Shown here: piece after piece, positions 23,826 to 34,302 of the stretch
Position numbering within the stretch: position 1 is the stretch's first letter
Layout: each line of letters starts with the position of its first letter
NCBI GenBank assembly: GCA_043228905.1
Contig: JBHGNT010000007.1
Coordinates: 3,410,001-3,474,000, forward strand
Direction: 5' to 3'
Length of the DNA: 64,000 bases
Source: Azolla caroliniana
Taxonomy: Eukaryota; Plantae; Polypodiophyta
Notes under the pieces: model-generated
What the model was told of the DNA's origin: nothing
The model's database searches: none
The model's input: the letters and a program-made list of their open reading frames with translations, nothing else
Translations under genes and position numbers: made by a program

Positions 23826-24959
23826 ATGGCCATTGTTAGCGCTGAAGAATATCAATCTGTTTTCTCGGAATTTCAATGCTTGAAAGAGAAGTTCCATGCT
23901 TTGGAACAAGAAAACCAATGGTTGTTGGGGGATCTTCAGCAAATCTCCTTAGAAAAGCAACAAACGCAACAACTGCATGGGGAACTTGCGTTACACGTGC
24001 AACAACTCGAAGCAACCATTGTAGCGATGCAACAACAAGGGCCCGGAACACAAGGGATTCATAAAGAACCCAAGATTAGCCTTCCCACGAAGTTCAATGG
24101 AACGCGATCGCAGTTTAGAGGGTTCCTTAACCAGGTATGATTAGTTATTCAAATGCATCCTTCCCGATATCCCACCGATGCATCACGAGTGGGTTTAGTA
24201 GGCACTTTGTTAAGTGGCTCAGCGTTGGCATGGTTCGCTCCACTATTAGAAAAGGAATCTCCGTTACTCAACAATTTTGAAGAGTTTCTAGGTGAGTTTA
24301 AAGCATGTTTCAGAGATACTAACAGCATCAGGATTGCAATCAACAAAATTCGGCGATTACGCCAAGGTGACCGTCCAGCCTCCGCATACGCTGTAGATTT
24401 TCGCCTACTCGCCGTCGATATCCCTTGGGATGATCAAGCGTTGATGGAGCAATTCTATTATGGTTTATGCAACGACGTCAAGGATTTACTCTTGACCTTC
24501 CTCGAAGAGCCAAAGTCCTTAACAGAAGCAATCAGTCGCGTTGTGAGATGTGACAACCGCCTCTTTGAGCGACGTTCGGAACGACAACTACAAATGCCGA
24601 GGGCAAGATGAGAGCCCACCTACGCCTCAGTGGTAGCAAGACCTTTTCCGAGGGAGTCATATAATGCGCCTCCAATGGAGATTGACACTACACGTCGTTG
24701 AGGGCCATTATCCGAAGAAGAAAAGCAGCGACGCCGTACAAATCGACTATGTCTTTACTGCGGTGGACCAAGACATATTGCAATAAATTGCCCCCATAGG
24801 CCAAGAAGACAGGTAAACCAAATAGTCGCTAGTTCTAATTGTACTAAACCCGAGCCTATTTCAGTAGGGATATCTGATAGTCCTAATAGTACTAATAGCC
24901 TAGTTCTAGCGAACAGATTTGATGTCCTTAATCAGTTAGAAGAAGAGTTAAACGACTAA
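23826..24959 (+). pseudogene. Chromovirus gag (PEG10/RTL-like capsid + zinc knuckle), in-frame premature TGA stops
   Basis: ORFs 23826..24140 and 24153..24611 share one frame that continues through PMEID and [14 protein letters not shown] to TAA 24957-24959. The internal stops are consistent with CGA>TGA changes. Confidence 0.88.
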
Positions 24960-27900
24960 GTCCAGCCAAAATAGGAGTCGTTTGGTTGGACAGCCCTAGA
25001 TCTGTGCAACCCATTAGTGGTTCCATTCCATGTAAGCAAGTTAGTGATGTGTTCGTAGCCCAAGTAATAGTTAGTACTAAAAGTACCCCTCCAGTACATG
25101 TCCTAGCACTCCTAGATTCCGGAGCTAACTCTTGCTTTATGGATAAGAAATTTGCTCAAGCTCATAAGATATCCCTAAGAAAACTCCAGTGTCCAGCCTC
25201 TGTAGTAGTCATTGATGGACGTCCCATTGCTTCCGGAAATATCGTAGAAGAGTCAAAGCCCATTAATATTGTCCTAGATAACTTAGCATGTGTAGTATCA
25301 TTTAATATTATTAGTATCCCAGAACATCCCATAGTTTTAGGATTACCGTGGTTTGAGTTACATAACCCAGATGTAGATTGGAGAACAAGAGAAATCCGGT
25401 GTCGACAAACCCAAGGGTCAACTCAGAAGATAACAACCATTTCGCTACGTCAGTTGCGTAAAGAAGGGCGTAAGGAGGAAATGTTCCTCTTTGCAATATC
25501 AGTAAACCCCTCCAACACCACTAAAGAAGAATCCACCGTTCAACTTCCTGAGAAGTATCGTCATTACGCCGATGTGTTCGATAAAGTACAAGCCAACACA
25601 CTTCCTCATCATCGACCGTACGATTGCCCCATCGATTTACAACCGGAAAAAGAGCCGCCATGGGGACCGATCTACAATTTGTCACCAACCGAGCTGGAAG
25701 TCCTTCGGGCCTATATAGAGGAGAATTTGGAAAATGGTTTCATTCGGCATTCGAAATCTCCAGCCGGCGCGCCCATTTTTCTTCATTAAGAAAAAGGATG
25801 GATCGCTTCGTCTCGTTGTAGATTACTGTGGCCTGAATAAGGTTACAATCAGGAATAGGTATGCTCTTCCCCTTATCTCAAGTCTTTTAGAATGGATCAA
25901 TGGTGCCAGGTTCTTCACGAAGATCGACTTACGGGGGAGCATATAACCTCATACGGATCCGACCAGGAGACGAATGGAAGATCGCGTTTCGCACCAAATA
26001 TGGGCACTTCGAGTATATGGTCATGCCGTTCGGCCTCACTAATGCGCCGACAGTATTCTAGCACATGGCTAATGATATATTCCGAGATCTATTGGATGAT
26101 TGTTTGATCATCTATTTGGATGATCTACTGGTTTATTCAAAGACCCAAGAAGAACATGATTCTCATGTACTATTGGTACTAAAACGACTTCGAGAACATG
26201 GTCTGTATGCAAAGCTGGAAAAATGTAGTTTCGGGTGCAACCAAGTGGAATTTCTCGGCTACATCATTTCGTCAGAAGGCATTTCCATGGACCCAACTAA
26301 GGTCAAAACGGTGGTAGAATGGCAGACTCCGCGTTCGGTGCGGGACGTGCAACGCTTCCTAGGCTTTTGCCAATTTTTACCAGAAGTTCATACAAGATTA
26401 CTCAAAGATCGTTCTACCTCTCACACAACTTACCATGAAGGGACAACCGTTCATCTGGTCTGAAGAAACGGACATGGCTTTCGAGAGTCTTAGAAAGGCA
26501 TTTACATCGGCTCCAATTCTAGCTCATGTCGATCCGGAAAAACAATTCATTATCGAAGCTGACGCATCGGATTTTGCATTGGGGAGCATTCTGTCACAAC
26601 AGGGGAATGATGAGAAGCTACATCCTGTGGCTTTTCACTCACGCAAGTTTGACGCCGCCGAAATCAACTACGAAATTCATGATAAGGAGCTATTGGCAAT
26701 AGTGGATTCTTTTATGCAATGGAGGCATTTTCTGGAGGGATCCTCTCATCCGGTCACCGTATTTAGTGACCACAAGAACCTTCCCTACTTTCAAGATGCT
26801 CATGTGTTGAATCGACGTCAAGCTCGGTGGGCCCACTTCCTCATGCGTTTCGACTTCAAAATTACATATCGTCCGGGGAAGCACCAAGGGAAGGCAGATG
26901 CATTATCACGATGTTCGTATCTAGCACCCCGTCCCGGCGAGCCAGCTTTCGATAACCAAAAACAAGTCATCTTGGGACCGGCACGACTACAAGCAACACA
27001 GATCTTTGACATGCCCATGGATTCCCGCGTTATCGATACCATACGCGAAGACTTGAAGACATATGCGTTCGCCCAAGCTATACTAGCACAAATTGATCCC
27101 TCTCGAGCGTCATGTTCACAGTCGCAACCACCAGGTACGGACTATCGGCAATTCAAATACCATGATGGATTACTCTTCTTTAAAGAACTTTTGTATGTTC
27201 CTAATGGTTCTTACCGCCTTCAAGTAGTACAAAACTGTCATGACACATATACAGTTGGGCATTTTGGTAGTACTAAAACATTACATTTAGTACAACGATC
27301 ATTCTGGTGGCCCTGTATGCAACAATTTGTCGAGGATTTTGTTCGGACTTGTGATACATGCTGCAGAGTGAAAATGCCAAGGCATCATCCATATGGTTTA
27401 TTAGAACCATTACCAATTCCAAGCAAGCCGTGGCAATCCATTGCTCTAGACTTCATCACAGATCTTCCAGTCTCTAAGGGGTTCAATGCGATTCTAACGG
27501 TGGTCGATCGATATACGAAGATGGCTCATTTCTTGCCATGTACTAAGGAGATCTCCAGTGAAGACACTGCCGAAATTGTCATGCGTGAAGTATGTCGGCA
27601 TCATGGACTTCCCGATAGTATCATCAGCGACCGTGGACCCCAGTTCGTGTCAAAATTCAGGAAGCACCTTTTTAACATGCTCAAGGTCACTTGTAACCTC
27701 TCCTCCGGCTACCACCCACAAACCGAAGACCAAGCCGAACGAACCAATCAAACGCTGGAGCAGTATCTGCGGTGCTTTCTCAGCTATCATCAGGATGACT
27801 GGGCAGATATTCTCCACTTCGCCGAATTTGCCTATAACAACTCTATACACGCATCCACTAAAGTTACGCCATTTTATGCTTAGACGGGATGTCACCCCCG

Positions 27901-28471
27901 GTGGTGTGTACTTGAAACCCTAGAGGTGTCCACAAATCCTTGTGCAGAGGATCGTTTGGAGAGGTTACGCAAGATACAAGCGGATTTATCTACTCATCTC
28001 CAACAAGCTCAACAAACACACAAGGTTTATGCGGATCGTCATCGACTCCCATCTAGTTTTAACATTGGAGATCGGGTATGGCTACTCCGACGACACATCA
28101 AGACTACTCGCCCATGCGAGAAGTTGGATTATCGGCGATTAGGTCCTTTCCGTATTATAAGAATGATTAATGATGTCGCTTTTCGTCTTGATCTACCTCC
28201 ACAACTTCGGATACATCCGGTGTTTCATAGTTCTCTCCTCGAACCCTATCAAGAGAGCACCATCCCAGGACATATTACATATCCTCCACCCCCGATCGAG
28301 CTTGAAGATGGACCTGAGTACGAGGTTGCTGCCATCCTTGATTCCAAGCTTGTTCGCAACAAGCTCTACTATCTAGTCGATTGGCTAGGATATAGTCCTA
28401 GTGAGCGTACTTGGGAACCGATAGAGAATGTCACCAATGCTCGTGCTCTTCTTGAAGACTTCCATCGTTAA
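24947..28471 (+). pseudogene. Chromovirus pol (protease, RT, RNase H, integrase, chromodomain), in -1 frame to gag, with several later frameshifts/stops
   Basis: ORFs 24986..25789, 25734..25946, 26065..26463, 26435..27883 and 27926..28471 carry consecutive Pol motifs. Confidence 0.92.
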
Positions 28472-28538
28472 TATCCAGACAAACTGGGTCCTCAATCCAA
28501 AACGACTCGTTACACTCGTCGTTTTAAAGGGGGGATAG

Positions 28539-28828
28539 TGTTATTATAAAAGACTCAAACCCATGACCTTATGCTACATGGGTCGAGCTCTTGACCATTA
28601 GACTATACATTGTAATATGTAGAATACTATTTTCATTTATGTTTTATTATAGAAAATTGATGTATATTCCAGATTTCTCTGGAACATTCTAGAAACTTCA
28701 GGAGTATTCCTTAGAACACTATAAAAGGAGGCACAAGGCATTATTTCGAACCAAATCGGTTCAATGCCAGTCTTAAGCCTCCTAGCTATTGTATATTTTC
28801 TTCACATAATATATATCTTTTCTTATCA

Positions 28829-28872
<44 letters not shown>

Positions 28873-28965
28873 ACTCTTTCCTTCTCTCGAGAGTTCTTCA
28901 CCTCTCTTAGTACTAATACTTCTTTTAGTACTAATTCCTTCTTTGTCTTAGTACTGTTCCTGACA
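28539..28965 (+). repeat. 3' LTR of chromovirus
   Basis: Starts TGTTA right after the PPT, ends TGACA, followed by TSD ATTGC. Confidence 0.93.
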
Positions 28966-30169
28966 ATTGCTACCCATAACCACCAAGATTAGTGAGGGTT
29001 TATCCACAACACAAGGTAGTGATGGAACACTAGAGAAGATGTTATATCCCAAATGATCATATATCAAGAGTATGATATCACCCCGAAGGAGATCTATTGA
29101 TATCATCAAAAAATAAAAAATAAAAAATCAACAATAATCATGTGGATGGCCATGACCCAATCTTGGTCTTAAATAAAATATTTCCATACAAATCAAATTT
29201 TATATTTCACTTAACAAGATGGAAATTGATAGTATTCCTTACAACTTGCATTGAATCAATGCATTGATTGAACAAACATATGCAATAAGTAATTTGTTTT
29301 TTAGGTTCCTTGATTAGCATTGGAATTGATTAGTTGATTCATCAAATGATTCAATGTGGGAATCCACATATATACACCTCGTGATTTGTTATCGATGTAG
29401 CTAAGTATACATAATTATTAATTTAATTGAAATTAGATACTTACCTAAGATTTTCTAACATCAATGCCATGATCATACTACCACATTCCTTAAGCCCATG
29501 ATGATTAAGGTGTCGAATTCATTAAACATGTTACATAAGGGTGGAAAGTATGTTTGCTGTTATCCGTGGGACAACAGGAACAAGGTGTGAAAAAGATTGC
29601 GAAGGACAAGTGCGGAAGGGACATGTAGGACAAGTGGGAAAGCATGAAAAGAAGCCAAGCACTAATAGCCGAAGGAAGTAACCGATTACAGGCAACCGAA
29701 GGTATAGGCCAAATATCAGGAGGGATTTGTTGGAACGCGCCCTACAAGGAAGCTATATATTCATATATCGAGAAGTGGCAAACATCGAGAGAGACAAAAT
29801 AGATCTATTAGAGGTGTCAATACCAACTGAACCTAGTTCTAGTTTAGTACTAAGTGAGTGAACGATACCAATTTTTACTCAGTTATTGAATATCATTATA
29901 TTGTGGTGTCCCTTTCATGCAAGAGCATGCATTTGAACACACCACTCTTTTAGCCGCTCCCGTTTAGCACATCACCCATTTTAGCCCACCCTTTTAGCAC
30001 ACCATTTTGGGACACGTGTAGCTAGGCCGTCCCAAAATGGGTCCTTTGTATCTTCTATATATTTAATGATAAGTATCAAGCTAGCTAGGCTGGTTTGGTT
30101 TCCTTTTATGTGCATTTCACATAATTGGTGGAGAAGCGGGCTCAAATTTTAGCCACTAATACCTTGTTC

Positions 30170-31137
30170 ATGGCATCCCAATTCCCTTCCGCCGCCTCCA
30201 ACGTCAATACCCCGATGGAGCCTGAGTTCTCGCAACCTCACGCACGACCTCCCCCTTTCCAAATGGAGCAGCTCCTGGAACTCGTCTCCAACGCCATGCT
30301 TCAAATCAGCCATACGAATCAAGCTATGCTCTCCTTCCTCTCCGCTCACAACGACCGCGCGCAAGATCGTCCAGATTCCAAGGTGCGCCCGAAGTCCTTC
30401 TCCGGATTGCCTTCCGAGGATGTCTTAGCTTGGTTGGATCATTTTGAGATGATCTCTAGTTACCATCAATGGTCCGACGAGCGCAAAGCTTTGGAAGTTC
30501 GTACCCTGCTCGAAAACATCGCCGCCACCTGGTACGTCCAACAATCAAGCGACGTGACCGAGAATTGGGTGATCCTTCGGGATCTCCTCGTACAAAACTT
30601 TGCCCATCAAAATTCAGCCCAAACAACGTTACAACAACCGAAACATTGCAACAACAAGCACACGAACCCGTGGGCCAATTTGGTGTTCGCCTCAATCAAC
30701 TCCTCATTCACGCTGACCCTACCATGCCCGAGCATGTGAAGCTTTTCTTCTTATGGCCTCGTCTGCGCCACGACATCACTCGCCGCGCTCGAGACCAAGG
30801 TCTGCAGACATTCAACGACGCCATCCTCATCGCCCAACGAATCGAAGCTTGTACATTATCTGACACCCAACCTCGTTGGCCCCATCCATCAGCCATTGAC
30901 TCACGCGCCCAATACCAAGGCGCGGCCCCCAAGGACATTGATGTCCAAAACATGCAATTGCAAGCTTGCCGCAACCGTCCCGATCGTGATAGCTAAGGGC
31001 GCCCGAGGTGTTTCTACTGCCACAATTATGGACACATCTGACGTCACCGCCGAAAATTGCAACAACAATCTCACAAGCAACAAGTCCAGATAACTATGGC
31101 TGACGCGGCATCGTTGGCTGAGCTTCCGGGAAACTGA
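30170..31137 (+). pseudogene. gag of nested gypsy element (one frameshift near 30638, premature stops, degenerate CCHC knuckle)
   Basis: RPKSFSGLPSEDVLAWLDHFE...ATWY (ORF 30125..30739) continues in the ORF 30469..30996 frame through CFYCHNYGHI*RHR to CCG GGA AAC TGA. Confidence 0.85.
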
Positions 31138-34100
31138 CATCCGGGGTGCTGATGGAAGAGTCAGCCCTCCACATCCAAGCGTCCACCTCTTCTAGTTCGA
31201 GGGTATGCACCGCCCTCGCCATCATTAATCACTGCACCCACACCATCTTATTAGACACTGGTAGTAGTATATCTTCTATTGGCACTGCTTTAGTACACCG
31301 GTTAGGTCTCCCCACATCCACTGCTCCTTCCATCCAAGTCCTTTTTGGCGATCACCAACATCTTTACCACTCTCACACACAAGCCCATTGCACCTTCACC
31401 TTAGGCACTATCACCTTCTCACATCACTTTTATGTCTTGCCCCACCAACTCTTCCCCCTCACCCTAGGTTGTGATTGGTTCCTCAAGCGTCGCGCTGTGA
31501 TTGATTTTGATGCCCACAAACTTCTTGTCCCACATGCTTCCCCTATCCCTCTTCTACAAGATAGCTCCCCTAGCCCCCACCTTAGCCAAGTTCAGGTAGC
31601 ACTTAGTCCACAAGAGCGATTGGTCTCCATCCGCCAATTATTAGCTCGTTTTCCATCACCAACCCTCCAACCCACACATGCTCCTACTGTCTCTTTCTCG
31701 GTACAACATGCCATTCGTACTGGGGAGGCCACTCCGATCCGCATGGCTACCCGCCGACGTTCCCCTCTCGACCACGATCGCATTGATGCGGCCGTCACCG
31801 ACATGCTCACCAAAGGTATTATCGTTCCTTCCACTAGCGATTGGGTTTCGGAACCCCACCTCGTCAAGAAGGATGATGGCACCTTCCGCTTTTGCATCGA
31901 CTTCAGGCCTCTTAACAAAGTGACTATCCATGACCTCTACCCGCTCCCTCGCGTGGACGACCTCTTGGATCAAATCGGTGGCTCCCGTTATTTCACCTCC
32001 CTGGACTTAGCCTCGGGATATTGGCAAATCCCCCTAAAACCTTCTGACGCCCACAAGACCGCATTCCGCACACACCGCGGGCTATTCCAATTCACCCGCA
32101 TGTCGTTCGGCCTATCTGATGCTGGTAGCACATTCCAACGCATGGCCAACTCCATTTTTGCCGCCCTTATCAACAAAGGTGTCCTCCTCGTTTATCTCGA
32201 TGACATCCTTATCCACACGGCCACTTGGGAGGACCATCTACAAGCTCTCGCCGAAGTCCTCGCTTGCATAACTAAGCATAACTTGCAGCTCCAATGGAAG
32301 AAGTGTCGATGGGGAAGCACCAGCCTCCGTTTTCTCGGCTTCATCATCTCTGGTGACGGAATCCGTATGGACCTTGCAAAGGTAGCAGCCATCAACGACT
32401 ACCCTCGCCCCACTTCAGTCAAATCCTTGCAACATTTTTTGGGCATGATCACCTTTTCCCTTCGCTTCATCCCAAACCTTGCCTTGGTCACTTTTCCCCT
32501 TCGCCAACTCTTGAAGAAAGGTGTGTCATTCAGTTGGGATCCTGCTTGTGAAGATAGCTTTCGTCGCATTAAAACCATGGTCAAGGAATCGGGGTTGCTC
32601 GCCCATCCTAACTTTGACCGACCATTCACGTTGCAGATAGACACATCAAACCAGGGGTTAGGAGCCGTCCTCTTGCAAGCCGATTGCCATGGGCAAGAGA
32701 AGGCGGTTGCCTTCATTAGTCGGACTCTCATCCCGGCTGAACGCAACTACTCAACCACTGAGAAGGAGCTACTTGCGATTGTCTGGTCTTTCTAGCGTTT
32801 TCATCCATACCGTCATGGTGGACAGGTTACGATTGAGACCGACCACCAGCCCTTGCTTTCTCTTATCCATCGACCTCACCCCCCAGGGTGCTTGTTGCGA
32901 TGGACGCTGGCACTTCAAGATTATCAGTTTACCCTCTCCTATCGGAAAGGTGCAACCAATTTGGTCGTTGATAGTCTCTCTCGCGCCGACTGCCAGGCTG
33001 TCCAATTTCTCCCTGAGACATCCGATCTTCCGATACCATTGCCACAACTCACTACGCTTCAACAACATGACCCCGCCATCCAACAGATAATCCATCAGTT
33101 GCGCTCCCTCCAACCGTTTCCCTCACAATGACGGTTCATGCTCCACGATAACTTGGTATTCTTCATTCAAGCGCATCACGAGCCTCGTCTCTACATCCCT
33201 CATGCCCTACAACAAACGTATCTCCAATTTTATCACGACCACCCATTGTCGGGCCACTTGGGTTTCCCCAAGGTTCTTGAAAAATTACGTCTCAAGTATT
33301 ACTGGCCCAACATGAGACACTCAGTCTCTATCTATATCAAACAATGCGCTTTGTGTCAACACATCAAACTTGGGGGCAAGCCAGCTGGAACACTCCAACC
33401 CATCACCGTCACGTCACCTTTCAAGCTGGTCGGATGGGATTTCATGGGACCTTTTCCCGAAACCTCTAGGGGCAACAAGTATATCCTTGTCATAACAAAA
33501 TACCTCACACAATGGGCTGAAATTGTTGCCATCCTCGACGTCATTGCGCCAACAATTGCCTCCCAACTCTTGCAAAAGGTAATATTTCAACATGGTTGCC
33601 CTATCCAAATCTTATCTGATCAGGGCCGACGGTTCCATGGGGATGTCCTCAATGTTGTGGCAACTCAACTAGGTGTCCAACAAGTGTTTACATCCCCTTA
33701 CCATCCTCAAACAAATGGCCTCATTGAACGCCTCAACAAGACCCTCAAGCAAGAAATTGCCGCTTACATCGATCCAGGCCACAAAACCTAGGATCAAATC
33801 TTGCCTTTTGTCACCCATGCCTACAATACATCCGTACAAGTGTCGACACGGATCAGCCCTTTTCGAGCACTCTATGGACGCAATCCGCGGCTCCCACCAG
33901 AAACGTCCATTGACATCTGTTCTAAACCTGCCAACATGGATAGTGCTACTTGGGGGCTTTATCTCCAACAAATGCTCCCCCTCCTTTGACAAGCCAGCTC
34001 CCGAAATCTACAAGTCGCACAACAACGTCAAAAGCGACACTACGACGTGGGTCGAATCACCCCGACGTAGGCTAATGGAACCAAAGTCCTTGTTTACTTC

Positions 34101-34302
34101 CCAATCCGGCGGCGTGGTCTCAGTGAATCCCTCATGCACCGATGGATCGGCCCATTCACCGTAATTCGTGCCATCAAGTCCACGACTGACTTACTCCGAC
34201 GTGATTCCAATGGTGGATTCACCTCAGCCCATGTTGCCCATATCAAGCCATATGCTACCCCAAGCCTATCTTCTAGCACCCCTCCTTTTCTCATAGCATA
34301 AC
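31128..34302 (+). pseudogene. pol of nested gypsy element (PR-RT-RNaseH-IN) in -1 frame, with in-frame premature stops
   Basis: ORFs 31146..32795, 32853..33131, 33138..33791 and 33801..33989 all lie in one frame; motifs FTSLDLASGYWQI, YLDD, ERNYSTTEKELLAIVW, GWDFMGPFP, SDQG, YHPQTNGLIER. Confidence 0.92.

Larger units (their letters stand above)
23298..28965 (+). mobile_element. Full-length, mutated Ty3/gypsy chromovirus (Tcn1/sushi-like): LTR-gag-PR-RT-RNaseH-IN-chromodomain-LTR
   Basis: LTRs 23298-23751 and 28539-28965; 5-bp TSD ATTGC (23293-23297 / 28966-28970); PPT AAAGGGGGGATAG 28526-28538. Gag has a CCHC knuckle ([14 protein letters not shown]); protease LLDSGA; RT YLDD; RNase H ADASDFALG; integrase ISDRGPQF, GPF; chromodomain EYEVAAIL...YLVDWLGY...TWEP. 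Confidence 0.96.
22327..28972. mobile_element. Non-autonomous hAT-type DNA transposon/MITE (~0.97 kb, 22327-23297 + 28971-28972), right TIR interrupted by an LTR retrotransposon
   Basis: Left TIR TAGCGATGGGC (22327-22337); right TIR rebuilt as GCCC-ATTGC-TA. 8-bp TSD CCCATAAT (22319-22326) / CCCATAAC (28973-28980). Subterminal AAACCG/AAACC motifs. Confidence 0.85.

Noticed and set aside
31592-33113. Multiple antisense ORFs of 60-115 aa over the nested gypsy pol
   Set aside because: Shadow ORFs of a C-rich coding strand; no independent motif.
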